A stretch of DNA of 63,026 bases, filler included, from Octopus bimaculoides (Eukaryota): assembly GCF_001194135.2 (NCBI RefSeq). It is 8 parts of 6 records of this genome, joined end to end, with 100 filler letters (N's around TTAATTAATTAA, not from the genome) between each part and the next. Parts side by side here need not be neighbours in the genome. Positions count along the whole stretch, not along the records: positions 1 to 10,278 come from NC_068984.1; positions 10,379 to 31,623 come from NC_068991.1; 6 more parts are not named here. One strand, given 5' to 3'. This document shows, piece after piece, positions 1 to 24,484 of the stretch; the first letter of the stretch is position 1; every line of letters begins with the position of its first letter. The position numbers were made by a program, and so were the translations under genes. The notes under the pieces are model-generated. The model did no database searches, was not told the DNA's origin, and saw only the letters and a program-made list of their open reading frames with translations.

Positions 1-618
1 ATATATATATATATATATATATATATATACGTATGTATGTATAAGTATGTACTTCTATGCACATGCATACACTCACACATACATACATATACACCACACA
101 TGCACAGGTATAGTTTTATATAGAAGTGAATGTGGACATTGGCACAATGACACCGTTGTCATCGTTGATCGCTGGAAATAGGAGAGAAGATTCTTCTTCA
201 GTGAATATCGATAATTCCATTCACCATTGAGCTCTTATAAGTAGAATCTCTAGACTCACTCTGTATGTGTGTATGTGTATGTGTGTGTATGTACACACAC
301 ATAAATATATATATATATATATATACATATAAATGGAAATATATATATCTATATATATATATGCATATGAATACATACATGAATGTATATACGTACACAT
401 GCGCACATATATACACGTACACACACGTATATATATATTTACACACATACATTGATACGTGTGTTTAACTGTATGCTTTGAGTGACGAAGTATAGTTTAC
501 TGACAGTTGGTGTTTCAATACGACCAATACGCTCTATATGAAGCCTACGTATGTGTGTGTATGGGTGTGTATACACACAGACTTACATACATAGATGCAT
601 ACATACAAAAATACTTAT

Positions 619-650
<32 letters not shown>

Positions 651-1180
651 TTGCTCAAAGTGACACACAGTGGGACTGAACCCGGAACCATTCTCTTGGG
701 AAGAAAGCTTCTTAGTACACGGCCACGCCTGTATTTGTATGGGAGAGTATATATGACTGTGGTACAGGACATAGCCAGATACATCTATGATGTCTGTTAT
801 CCGATTATATATCAACAGATCACGTGAAGCGACTGTAATTTTTATGAGAGTCACAATTCGTAAAGGAACCAGCATGAATGAGAAACGAAAGAAAAAATTT
901 CTTCTCGTCATTGTGAAGGAATTAACAGATTATTAAAGTCAATGATTCTAATTCAATTATATTAGTTCTCTTTTCACCATTATCCCCAACGTCGTCTTCA
1001 TTCACTGATCATTTAATTTTAATATCTAATATAAAATATGTAAAACAGAACACTAAAAATTCTGCTTTATAACGGTTGGGTGACTGAAAGGTTTGAAAGG
1101 AAAGAATGGTGAGAGAACGAAAACAGACGGAGAGAAAAAGATGTGTAGGGATTAAGCATGTGTGTGAGTGTATGTGTGTA

Positions 1181-1255
<75 letters not shown>

Positions 1256-1284
1256 ATATACATACATACANNNNNNNNNNATAC

Positions 1285-1379
<95 letters not shown>

Positions 1380-2190
1380 AGAAAGAACATTTATATTTAT
1401 CAGAAAACGATGATTCTGTCCGTTGCTGCTCAGAGTTTTCAGGTGCATGCCGCAACTTCATTGACTTTTATCATCGAGAACAGGCAGGTCCTCTTTGTCC
1501 TCTTTGTGTCTTGCAGGCCCTCTTTGTCCTAAGAGTTATCTCTTGTAGTTGGTTGCTGCGTTTGACTGGCGTCTGTCTGAGGAATTTGTCCTTGATTAGA
1601 TTTAAAGTCATTAAGGGTTTTTGAAATTTTGGGTATTTTTCGTAAGAACTTGCTTTCGATGGCGGCAGTTAAACAAAATATCGGACCTAATCATCAGCAG
1701 GTTGCCATTGCAGCTTTTTGTCTCGTGAGAGTATGGGGAATGCTCTGTATATTTTCACTTCTACTGTTTCTTAATTTATAAAAATATTCTGGCAACATCC
1801 TGAATGAATATATATTTCATGATGAGAAATATTAGAAGGTGACGTAGGGATTTTGTATACTTCAAAGCTAAATGCTTGTGTGGGAGGCTGGCAGAGGGTA
1901 TGACACAACTTGTGGCGTGAGATCTGAGAACCAATTCCATTCAGATAAGAATATTTGAAGGAATGATTTTTTGCCGGCATGATACACGATCCCGGATAAT
2001 TGATGACCCTGGAAGAATGGATTGCGGACGGTGTTTAGTAGAATATCTGAAAGAAAGGTATAATAGAGCTGACGAAAGGTGGAGACAGGAATTTAACTAG
2101 TGACCCTGTTTATCAGGGAATGTGTACAACGGAAGCCAACATAGTATGGACGAAGAGAAAGCTTTCTAATTTGATGAAGATAGTAAAGAG

Positions 2191-2277
<87 letters not shown>

Positions 2278-2921
2278 AAGAAATAGATAGACAGACAGAT
2301 ATACAGATAGACAGATATACAAACAGACAGATAGAAAAATAGACAGATAGATAAATAGACAGACAGACAGGCTGATAGATCGGTACATACTTGCATACAT
2401 AAAGACACACACACATACGTATATACATACATAAATACATACATATATACATACATATAACCGACACACCCCACGCCACCATGTTATGTTCCAACCATTA
2501 TCGATTGGCCATCTCTAAAGTTGTGACGTTGCATTGCGATAATCATTGATAATTCTTCGACAGAATTGTATAGTGAAACCACTCTTCAAGTCCCAGACCA
2601 AAGGTAGTTCTCTTGTTTGATTGGTCCCCCAGGCATTACAACGGACGCCGTCGTCGTCGTCGTCATGATCCTATCAATATTCTTCCGATACTTGTCATTT
2701 CCAATACTAGTTATTGGCGAAAGAACCGAATACTCAATTCAAATGATGTTATATTCCGTAGGCAGGTAGGCCACGGCGGGGTTGGAGGGGGAACCAAGCC
2801 TGTACACAAGTTTGTGCGTGTGTCTCCATCATTATATATATACACACATACAGACAATGTGTGTGTGGCTGCATGTCTCAGGTATTATAATGTATACATA
2901 TATAGACATTATATGTGAGTG

Positions 2922-2953
<32 letters not shown>

Positions 2954-2970
2954 TATATATNNNNNNNNNN

Positions 2971-3013
<43 letters not shown>

Positions 3014-3559
3014 TATATATATACATATATATATATACATTTATATGCATATATATATATATATACATAGATATATATGTATATATATGCATATATATAT
3101 ACATATATATATATATGTATATATATGTATATATATATTTATACATATATATATATATGTATACATCTATATATACACATATATACATATATATATGTGT
3201 ATATGTATATATCTATACACACATGCGTACACACACATACGCACGCCCACATACGCACACATACATATACATACATATATGCATGTATGTATAGACAGAC
3301 ACAAGCACATACACACACACAGTCGTACGGTCAGATGTACTCAACTGCTTCTATGGATTACGTTTTCATCGGATTCAACATCTAAATACATGTACTTATT
3401 ATGTGTGAGAGTGGGTGCTCGGGAATGTGCGCGTTTCTGAATATACGTCTGTATGTGGGTATGTACGTGTGTGTACGTGCTCCATTCATATGGGTACAAA
3501 GATGTACGTTTATTTCCATACATTGAATCATAAATACATTGTATCATTAGAGTATACAC

Positions 3560-3615
<56 letters not shown>

Positions 3616-3620
3616 GAAAC
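1..3620. repeat. Representative microsatellite-dense region: (AT)n, (AC)n, (ATAC)n, (ATAG)n, (AG)n
   Basis: Directly visible. Similar tracts, including (ATC)n, (AAC)n and (AAT)n, occur throughout the window and flank most small gaps. Confidence 0.98.
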
Positions 3621-3763
3621 AGGCTAACTGAGCGATACTTCAAAGTCACTGACACCCTCTTGTAAAAGGGGAATAGAAATATGTACACTACACAAAAGTA
3701 CTGAATCTGTTTACGGTTTAATGTAAAGATATTAAAATTGTTTTTATTATTATTAGTCGACGT

Positions 3764-4480
3764 AAAGGCGGTGAGCTGGCAGAACCGTTAGCACGCCGAC
3801 TTTGTGAGGTCGACTTTGCCTTTCATCCTTTCGGGGTCGATAAATTAAGTACCAGTTACGCACTGGAGTCGATGTAATCGACTTAATCCGTTTGTCTGTC
3901 CTTGTTTGTCCCCTCTGTGTGTAGCCCCTTGTGAGCAATAAAGAAATAAGAAAAGTTAGCACGCCGGGCGAAATGCTTAGCGGTATTTCGTCTGCCACTG
4001 CGTTCTGAGTTCGAATTCCGCCGCGGTCGACTTTNNNNNNNNNNTTTGTGAGGTCGACTTTGCCTTTCATCCTTTCGGGGTCGATAAATTAAGTACCAGT
4101 TACGTACTGGGGTCGATATAATCGACTTAATCCATTTGTCTGTCCTTGTTTGTCCCCTCTGTGTGTAGCCCCTTGTGGGCAGTAAAGAAATAGGTATTTC
4201 GTCTACCGTTACGTTCTGAGTTCAAATTCCACTGAGGTTGACTTTGCCTTTCATCCTTTTGGGTTCGATAAATTAAGTACCAGTTGCGTACTTGGGTCGA
4301 TCTAATCGACTAGCCTCCTCCTCCAAAATTTCGGCCCTTGTGACTAGAGTAGAAGAGAATCGTCAGAAGGACGGGTAAAATGCTTAGCAGCATTTCTTTC
4401 GTCTTCACGAAGTTCAAATTCCATCGAGGTTGACTTTGTCTTTCCCCCTTACGGTGTCGATAAAGTAAGTACAGGTTTTG
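3764..4480 (+). mobile_element. Cluster of tRNA-derived SINE family A copies (tandem/rearranged)
   Basis: Repeated core GTCGACTTTGCCTTTCATCCTTTCGGGGTCGATAAATTAAGTACCAG with head GGCGGTGAGCTGGCAGAA...GAGTTCAAATTCC. Further copies approximately at 5262-5430, 8900-9060, 11435-11575, 16270-16470(-), 20880-21095(-), 22610-22740(-), 40450-40570(-), 42240-42335(-), 60800-61020(-). Confidence 0.9.
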
Positions 4481-4782
4481 GAGTGTTTCTGTGTACCACA
4501 TAACTTAGTGGTTCGGCAAAAAACGACTGATAGAATAAGTACTAGGCTTACAAAGAATAAGTCCTGAGGTCGATTTGTTCCACTAAAAAGGCAATGCTCC
4601 ATCATGGCCAGCAGCAGTCGAAAGACTGAAACAAGTAAAAGAATAAAAGAAAAAAAGAATACCGCCATAAATTGATATTTCTTTAGACAAACGCATCCAC
4701 AACAACATAAATGAAAAGAAAGAGCGAGGGAAACAGGGAGAAGGAATGAGATCTAAATATGGATATATGCTTGTATATTAGG

Positions 4783-5095
4783 GGTGGAGCAATGGCCCAG
4801 TGGGTAGGGCATCAGACTCGCTGTCGTAGGATCGCGGTTTCGACTCCCAGACCGGGCGTTGTGAGTGCTTATTGAGCACCCTAAAGCTCCACAAGGCTCT
4901 GGCAGGGGGTGTTGGTGAACCCTGCTGTATTCTTTCGCCTCAACTTTCTCTCACTCTTTCTTCTTTTTTCTGTTGTGCCTGTATTTCAAAGGGGCCAGCC
5001 TTGTCACACTCTGTGTCACGCTGAATCTCCCCAAGAACTACGTTAAGGGTACACGTGTCTGCGGAGTGCTCAGCCACTTGCACGTTAATCTCAAG
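4783..5095 (+). mobile_element. tRNA-derived SINE family C
   Basis: Head GCAATGGCCCAGTGGGTAGGGC...GTTTCGACTCCC. Related copies approximately at 39395-39695(+), 55983-56317(-), 23780-23870(-, 3' end), 9128-9345(-, related head). Confidence 0.85.
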
Positions 5096-5158
5096 TAAAA
5101 CAATAATGAAACAAATAGCATTCAAGGTTTTGACATTTTGAAAAAGTAACAGCAACAA

Positions 5159-5195
<37 letters not shown>

Positions 5196-5810
5196 AACGA
5201 CGTCAGCAGCAGTAGCAATAACAGCAACAATATCGACGATAACAACAGCAACAACAACAAAACGAAATGCTTAGCGGTACTTCGTCTGTCTTTACGTTCT
5301 GAGTTCAAATTCCGCCGAGGTCGACTTTGCCTTTCCTCCTTTCGGGGTCGATAAATTAAGTACCATTTGAATATTGAGGGCGATGTAAACGACTTATCCC
5401 CTCCACTGAAATTGCTGGCCTTGTGCTAATATATACAAAGTTGTTAGAACCAAGTTAAACCTCTACAAATGGTCTCATCATCTTTGGAAGGAAATTCTCT
5501 GGCAATTCCAAGTAGACCCACAGGAAAAATCGAATTCGCAGCTCGCCACCTACCGACACATGTCTGAACCAATGAGAGAGTATTTACATAGTTGTTTAAC
5601 ATGCTAAAATTAGCAGCCAAAGCATCACCTTAATTCGTGTCCCTCGAGCTTAAACGCAAATAGATATACTGGATAACGAACGTACTCCAAGGTACACAAT
5701 GCTCGATATGTCGTCGGGCAGAACCATCATCATCATCATCATGACCGTCGTCGACGTCATCATCATCATCATCCCTCATCATCATCGTCATCATCGTCAT
5801 CGCCGTCGTT

Positions 5811-5861
<51 letters not shown>

Positions 5862-6301
5862 AGCAGGAACAGCAACAGTATCAACAGCAACATCCACAGA
5901 AGCAGTTCTGATTTGTTCGTGCCATTTGGTATCTATTGTGAGCTAGATGGACTGAGCTATTTGATAGAAATGTGTCTAGATTACGGATTAACTACCTCCC
6001 CCTCCCCCACTATTCACTGGTCGTTCACTAACCCTTAAACTATGGCGATTTACTCTCCTTTGCAACAAATAACGGGAATTGATAAAAAATACAATAAAAG
6101 CAATAAATAAATTTGTTATGGAAAAGGAACAGAAAGGAAGGAATTCATATATTTTCTCCGGGAAGGGGGGGGGCAGCGAAGTAGGATTACATCAGGGGAA
6201 GTAACCCATTCAAATTCCACTACATACTTTAAAACAGACTTCAGATATTGTTGTAAAGTGCAAAGCTTGACAAATAAGAATTTCTTTTTGCCAATACGCA
6301 C

Positions 6302-6350
<49 letters not shown>

Positions 6351-6360
6351 NNNNNNNNNN

Positions 6361-6401
<41 letters not shown>

Positions 6402-6527
6402 TAACACGTAGACCTATTTCTACTGCACACCTACTTACACACCACATGCCCGTGCAAATGCACACACGCTTTATTCCACGCCCAGCTTATACTAAATACA
6501 TCCAAACATACACGTATTTCAATGCAT

Positions 6528-6571
<44 letters not shown>

Positions 6572-6676
6572 GTCTGTGTGTGTGTGTGTCTATATATGTG
6601 GATAATTTGAAATACAATGCAATATGTACTTATTGATAAGCACGCAGTCTATAATATATATGTACAACTTGCCCGC

Positions 6677-6740
<64 letters not shown>

Positions 6741-6749
6741 GTCTACCTG

Positions 6750-6794
<45 letters not shown>

Positions 6795-7135
6795 TTAAAA
6801 TACGCATATATCGTTATCACGCACGCGCACTTGTGTGTGTGTGTGCACATCTCTCGCTCTCTCTCTCAACACACACATACGTGTATACATACGATATCTC
6901 ACTATATCGACATTTCTCCCCCCTCCGCACTTTTTATTGTGTTTTATCTTCTTTTGGTGTCGCACATTAAAGCAAGCTCGGTGTTAAAAACCTTATTAAT
7001 TTTATTACTTTAAATAGTTAATTAGCAAAAATTCCTTCAACCTTGGATCGGTAACAAGTATCTTGTGAATGCTTTTACTTCAAACGCTGTTCACTGAACT
7101 GCTTTCTTCAATGGCTGTCGTTCATTCAGTGCTTA

Positions 7136-7167
7136 TGACGTCAGCACTGACGTCAGAGAAAATGGCG
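7136..7167. promoter_or_regulatory. Tandem full CRE sites plus a YY1-like AAAATGGCG motif
   Basis: TGACGTCA-GCAC-TGACGTCA-GAG-AAAATGGCG in a repeat-free, CpG-retaining stretch; function is inferred from motifs only. Confidence 0.45.
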
Positions 7168-7844
7168 TACGTAAAACAAAGCTGTTAAAGCGAGTAGCGT
7201 TATTACAACCCAATAATTGAAGGCGATCCAAAACAACTCAATTCACGACATTCTTTGTCCCCTCTTTCATTGGTTTTACTCACGCTTTCCCCCTTGATCG
7301 TGTTACGATGCACGCCAAAATGTGCAGAGTCTATTTCTAACATTTGTTAAAAAATTTAATTTTCTTTTGGTTTATGTATTTATTTATTAATTTGCTTATT
7401 TCTGTATTTGTTAAAGTAAGAAGATTGTAACCAAGGGATTTGATTATACCTGATCGAAGTCAGTTCAACACATGAACAGGCTCTGCCGACATATTTTATA
7501 CCAAATTCACTTTATCACCCACCTTTCTGCCTCTCTTTTCCTTTCTCGCTCTCTCTCTGTCAGTCTCTCTGCCTTTCTTTTCTCTCCTTTCTCTCCTTGG
7601 CTCCCGTTTTTTTCTTCACTCCCAATATATTATCATCATCATCTTCTATTGTCTTCATCATTGTCACGTCGTTATCACCTTCCTTTTCCATCATGTCTCC
7701 TCTTCCACCTCCTCTTCAACATCATCTTCGTCGTCATCATCATCTCCAATATCCTCCTCATCAGAACCACAATCCTAATCGCCATCTTCATTGTCGTCAT
7801 CGTCGTCATGATCATGATCGTCATCGTTGTCGTCGTCGTCGTCG

Positions 7845-7883
<39 letters not shown>

Positions 7884-8459
7884 GCATCATCATCACTACT
7901 TTCTGGGAATACTGTAAGATGCTGTTTGTAAGTTGTCAAGGACTAAATTGTTCTAGAGGCTCAAGTCCAGACACCATTCAGCCAAATGATCCCAAACATT
8001 TCCGAACAATCCACCCCAATTAATGTCCTCCGTTGCCCCCATCCTCACCCCGTAGGGGTAGGCGGCCGTTCGGATCCCTTCATCATCGAGCTATTTACAC
8101 TTCCCACCTGTCTCTCTAAACGTCTTCAAACATCTGAACCCCACTGTTCTTTAAAATATTGGACAACCCCTGTTCCAGTAATCCTTTTATCACATGAAGC
8201 GATTCACTTGGCATTACCATTTTTATCTCCTCCGCTAATAGGTTAAACGTTTGGCAGCGATAATCCTACTACAAATTGGTGGTGAAGGGAAGGGTAGGTG
8301 CAGGATTGGATCATCTCTATGTCCCGTGTTGTCTTTCTGTTTTAATATTTTTCAACTGTGTGGCAGCGATCTGATAGAAGTTTTACCACACCGGAAAAAT
8401 GCTTAACCGCATTGCTTCCGGCTCTTCACGTTCTGAGATCAAGGCATGACTAATCTTAA

Positions 8460-8855
8460 TTATTGGGACCACTTTTAAACATTGTAACTTTATTCTTTCC
8501 AGCGCTCCCGTGATCACTACATCATTTGTACAATGTGTAGGATATACCACAGGCTTTTCCAAAACGACCTTAATGTTAGATTCAGAATACATCCAAGAAC
8601 GGGGCCACGTGCCATACACCCTCCACACAATTCATGTTCACAAGACATAAATTCACTGCAACACAATTTCTTTTCTTCAACAGATCCTGCTCCATATAAC
8701 ATTATCCCTAAACAAATCAACGAAGAAAAAGTCACCATCACCTTCAAACGAAATCAGGAAAATTTCTTCACGGGACACATGGATCAGTGAACAACAACTC
8801 CCTACTTGAAGGGGCCATGATACCACTAAACTAGATTTTAAAATGGCTGATCCTA
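8460..8855 (+). mobile_element. CR1/L2-clade LINE 3' fragment (decayed)
   Basis: LYSFQRSRDHYIICTMCRIYHRLFQNDLNVRFRIHPRTGPRA...YNIIPKQI...FKR resembles the post-RT C-terminus of CR1/L2 LINEs. Confidence 0.7.
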
Positions 8856-10231
8856 TCAGGTGGTGCTTATAAGTTAGACGTTACCTGGGCAAATCTTTGG
8901 ATGAAACATATCTAAGTTATCTAAATAAAAGTCGTCGAGGTCGACTTTACCTTTCGTCCTTTCGGGATCAATAAAATAAGCACAAGTTGAGATCTGGCAT
9001 CGATGTAATCGATTTCCTCTTCCCCTCAAAATTGTTAACATTGTGCCAAAATTTGAAAGAAACATTCTTCAGCTGTAATTATAACAATCTCCTTGTTCAT
9101 TTGACGTGACTCACCGTATAATTTATGTTTCACTCATAGGGTCGGTTTCCCGGTTTCCGCAGCGCAAATAATATCCCGGTCTGTCGCAAGAACACTCCTC
9201 TTTGCCATCTGAGTGCACAGGAGCAGCGTGAAATAAAGTGTTTTACTCGAGAACACAACACGTCACCCAGTCCAGGAATCGAAACCACAATCTTACAACC
9301 ATGAGTCCAACACCCTAACCCACTAAGCCATGCGCCTCCACACTCAGCGTATATTAACATCCAATTATCTTCCCTTCGACCAGCGCCATGCACGTGTCTG
9401 TTAATCTCTCGTTATACTCTCATTGTCTGATTAATACCAAACAGATGTCTTAAAAAGTAAATGCACCTCCGTGCATTAGTCCTATCAATGTTTCTGCAAC
9501 ACTATAACCTCGTCTATGTTTCTTCAAGAATTCAAGCTAAATGTTTGCCGTCTTCCTCGGAGGAATTAGCATTTTACCTATATTATTTTCAACTCTGGTT
9601 CCTCAGTCGACAGCCATAAATTTTGCCGTCAGTTTTATATTTAAAACGTGTGTTACACCAATTTTATATGATAAATTATTTAAAAAGACATCGCCTACAA
9701 TGAAATATAACGTGTCCCGGTGATGTTTACCGCCTTGCATTAATCTTTCGACACGGGTTCAAATTCTGACATAAATAAAATCTAATTAAATAAGATAAAT
9801 TAAAAAGATAAATGAAAAAAACAAAGACGGGGAGAACCAATCAAGGACAAAAGTTCATAAAAACAACAGCAGCAGCAACAACAATTAAATACCACTTCAC
9901 CAGCAAAAACAATTACAAAAAATAGATTACTGTCTACATTGTTTTAACTATTTAATTAATTCATGTTTAAATTAATTACTTAATTGTGTAATTAATTTAA
10001 TTTTCTGTAATTATATATATATTTATCTATATATGGCGGCTGCTTACTGGGTTAATCTTCACTTCTTTCTCTCTTTCCTTTTTCTCGTTTTTTTTTGTTT
10101 AGTATATATTTTCACAGGCACACACATACATACACACATATGTACAAACAGACAAGTATGTAATCATACGTATATGAATATATGTATGTACATATATATA
10201 TGTATATATATAAATATGTATATATATATAT

Positions 10232-10278
<47 letters not shown>

Positions 10279-10322
10279 NNNNNNNNNNNNNNNNNNNNNN
10301 NNNNNNNNNNNNNNNNNNNNNN

Positions 10323-10334
10323 TTAATTAATTAA
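10323..10334. other. Artificial assembly spacer (N44-TTAATTAATTAA-N44)
   Basis: Identical 100-bp spacer with stops in all six frames, repeated seven times in the window. Confidence 0.95.
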
Positions 10335-11341
10335 NNNNNNNNNNNNNNNNNNNNNNNNNNNNNNNNNNNNNNNNNNNNCATGTCTAATACTCATAAAAAT
10401 GTATAATAAACTCTTAAAACCCTTCTAAGTTCTTGTTTTTTTATCATTTGTCTTGAAAATTTCCCCCTACATTCTTTCCTTCTCCTCCTCTCTCTCTCTC
10501 TCTTTCTCTAGGTCAGTCGTTTTCAGCCTTCTTAATATCCAGGCCAGATCCCAAACCTAGATTTTTCTAGGGGTCTTTACCAAATAAAAGAAAACGCAAG
10601 TTAGTTACAAGAAAATCTATTTATAGCGGAGAGACCGTTTTGGTTTGGGGGGGGGGGCACTGGAAGGAAGCTTGAGGGTTGCATGAGGCCCTGGGAGCTG
10701 TAGTCAAGAACCACTGCTGCAGGTGTTCCACTTCTGGCCACATCCTCTCCTCATCTAGAAGGCACCTTTAACATCCCCAGCCATATATAAAGGGCAAATT
10801 CCATTAGTTTGTATGTATGTCCATCTATCCTTGTTTTGACGTAAACGATTGTCTCTGTCATATAAGCAGTGTCGTTCATTTCCAAGATTCTGCAAAAATA
10901 TGTCACGCCATGGAGCAAATATTAACTTGCTTGGAAAGAGGTGTGGGTTGGCGATAGGAAAGATATCCGGCCGTAAAAAATCTGCTTTCATAAATTCTGT
11001 CCCAACTCATGCAAACATGGAAAAGTGACGTACTGTCGGTAAAAAAAAATAAATAAGGGACAGTGCGTGTGGGAGTTTTCATAGTCAACTTGGGTGGGAA
11101 TACCCAAAAAGGTTAAACAGGTACAACAGATGCTAATAGCAAGATCGTCCTGGGTTGAAGTTAGAAGAAAAAATAAATAAACTAATCGTCAGTGAAACGA
11201 AGGTCATTTTGTCTGCATGTGAAACAGAGTAATCAGTGATATAAGCGACAGAGCAAAGTCCTCATTAACTGCTTCGGTAGGCGGTGTGTTAACGGACCGA
11301 AATCCTGCTTTGTTTTCACAAAATAGTCCAACTGACTAAGT

Positions 11342-22143
<10,802 letters not shown>

Positions 22144-22330
22144 AGAAAATCTCTTTATCACACAACATGGTTTATATTTTTACAACCAAGAAATGTTCCC
22201 AAAAGCAATACATATTGAATATGCCGGTGACCTTCATGTAAGAATGGATTGACTGAGAAATTAGAACTGTTTTTTTTTTTTCCTTGTTACAGTGGAAACA
22301 AGGGTGTGTTATCATGTAGCAACTTTTAAT

Positions 22331-22336
22331 AATAAA
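22331..22336 (+). terminator. Probable RBKS polyadenylation signal AATAAA
   Basis: First AATAAA, about 190 nt after the stop codon; not confirmed by transcript data. Confidence 0.55.
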
Positions 22337-22924
22337 GATGAAATACTTTCACACACATCTATCTCTCTACTCACAGTCAAAACAGCCCTATTAAATACTT
22401 TTCTATTCTAGGCACAAGGCCCGAAATTTGGTGGGGGCAGGGACAGTTGATTAGATTGACCCCCAGATCTTTTGATGTTGTTCTTTGATCTCTATTCTCT
22501 CTCCATAACATAGAAAGTTGACAGATATCCATTCATTATTTCGCTGTTTCACTCTGCCTTTCCTTCTTTTTTTCTTTCTTTCTTTCCATCGTTGTTGATG
22601 TTGATGTTGTTGGCATTGGAACTGATTACATCGACCCCAGTGTTCAACTGGTACTTATTTTATCGGTGCCAAAAAGACGAAAGGCAAAGTCGACTGGTGG
22701 AACTTAAACTCCGAACGTAAAGACGGATAAAATGTCGTTATTATTGTACACAGTGTTCAGGTGCACTGCAACTCGTTAGAAGAGGTAAAAAGAGGGAACA
22801 GAGTGCAGACATATCGATCTAGGAAAGAAAGACGACAGTGAAAGCTCAAAGTGCATGGACAGTACGCAGAATTAAGACAGAAAAGTGAACTGTAAAAATA
22901 TAACAAAAAGGCAAGAGCTGCGTC

Positions 22925-23110
22925 AGGAGTAGTGTTGGTGAATTAAAGGAAGCGTGGAATTTTTTAAGGATACTCTGTCCTGAAAGCTGACGACTGATGT
23001 GGGTAATTTATTCCATGCTTCGACGATTCCGATTGCGAAAAAAATAACGTTTCCATAAGTCATGGGAGCTGTGCTATTTTGTAAACGTATGTCTGTATGT
23101 TCATTCATCA
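22925..23110 (-). mobile_element. CR1-like LINE 3' fragment
   Basis: FFAIGIVEAWNKLPTSVVS matches the FFxxRVVxxWNxLP motif of CR1 ORF2. Confidence 0.7.
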
Positions 23111-23692
23111 GAACCGTTTATGATATGGGTGTATGTGTTAATAGGCTATCGTACTTATATAACTATTAAAAAGAGGCGAGTGTATATATGAATGCGTTGA
23201 TTTATTCCTCAAGATGTGTAGATGTCTAATATAAAATTTCTCCCGTAAAACGCAGCCACAAGTTTTCGGTTTATAAAGGAAGGGAGATCACTCCAATCTA
23301 AATGCTTTCCTGGAATGGTCATTTGTTAACAGAAAAGAATTAAGAAAATTAGAAAGAAATCGACTGAATTTAGAATATTCTGAGAAAACAATGGAAAATA
23401 TACGTGTACATATGCTTTTCTTTTATTATTTCATTTGTTTCAGTCATTTGACTGTGGCCATGCTAAAGCACCGCCTTTAGTCGAACAAATCGACCCCAGG
23501 ACTTATTCTTTTTAAGCCTAATACTTACACTATCGGTCACTTCTTGCCGAACCGCTAGTTTACAGGGACGTAAACACACCAGCATCGGTTGTCAAGTGAT
23601 GTTGGGGGGACAAATACAGACACAAACATATATATGTGGTGTTTTCTACACCACCTGTCTTCGTCTGTTATTGTTTTTTTTTTGTGAATTCT

Positions 23693-23736
<44 letters not shown>

Positions 23737-24110
23737 GACGGGCTTCTTTCAGTTTCAACTATATATATGATACTACGGCACTCCGTCAGTTATGACAGCA
23801 AGGGTTCCAGTTGATCCGATCAACGGAACAGCCTGCTCATGAAATTAACGTGCAAGTGGCCAAGCTCAAATGTCTTCATCAGCATAGTTTCTACAGCTTG
23901 TTGTCCCTCCTATTGCCAACCACTTTAAGGAGTATAATAGATGCTAGTTTTCCATTTGTCCCCAAGTACTTTCAATACAAGACCCCTTCAAATGAGGGAT
24001 ATGAAAATATGGTAGAAAGACAGCAACAGATATCTTTGCGGAAGAGATAAATACACGGCTTCTTCACATGGCCGCGGGCTAATGACGGAAACGCTCACGC
24101 GCGCAATATC

Positions 24111-24143
<33 letters not shown>

Positions 24144-24358
24144 GTGTCTCTGCGAGAGAGATGCGCAAATTAGAATTAAAGGGAGATAATCCTGTTTAAC
24201 TTATGAAACGTGAAAACCCGTCGTCGCTCATTTTCGTTTCTTTGACGTTCGTCGAATGAGTTCAGAGGTGTTTCAACGTTAGTGGTCGGAACTTGTGTCC
24301 CTAATTTCTCCTGTCTCTCTTAATCTCTTTAACCTAACACCTTACTCCACCTATCTCC

Positions 24359-24484
24359 ATGGCAGTGTCTACCAAAGCCCCGTTGTTAATCCGTTTGATG
24401 TCAGCTTCCGTCACTGCTTCACTCCGGGCTGGAAACACAATCAGAGAAATCTTGAAAACCGGCGATCTTCGTATCAAGGACAAA
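24359..24484 (+). CDS. BPNT1: 3'(2'),5'-bisphosphate nucleotidase 1, coding exon 1 (MAVSTKAPLLIRLMSASVTASLRAGNTIREILKTGDLRIKDK)
   Basis: 42 codons ending at donor AAA|GTAAGT; resembles the animal BPNT1 N-terminus (L.RL.......AG.I.R.....GDL.I..K). Confidence 0.88.

Noticed and set aside
121-230. Short + strand frame VNVDIGTMTPLSSLIAGNRREDSSSVNIDNSIHH* after a TAG
   Set aside because: Weak acceptor, no recognisable family; cannot be supported as a terminal exon.
1380-2100. Complex non-microsatellite stretch, possibly a decayed retroelement ORF
   Set aside because: No diagnostic RT, endonuclease or gag motif could be identified by eye in any frame.
2633-2765. Possible + strand exon (cccccAG…CAG|GTAGGC; ITTDAVVVVVMILSIFFRYLSFPILVIG…)
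   Set aside because: Plausible splice sites and hydrophobic translation, but poly-Val comes from a (GTC)n repeat, there is no recognisable homology and no partner exons were found.
4783-4860. tRNA-like heads here and at about 9290-9345, 38711, 39395 and 55238
   Set aside because: They lack complete cloverleaf pairing and run into SINE bodies; they are SINE promoters, not tRNA genes.
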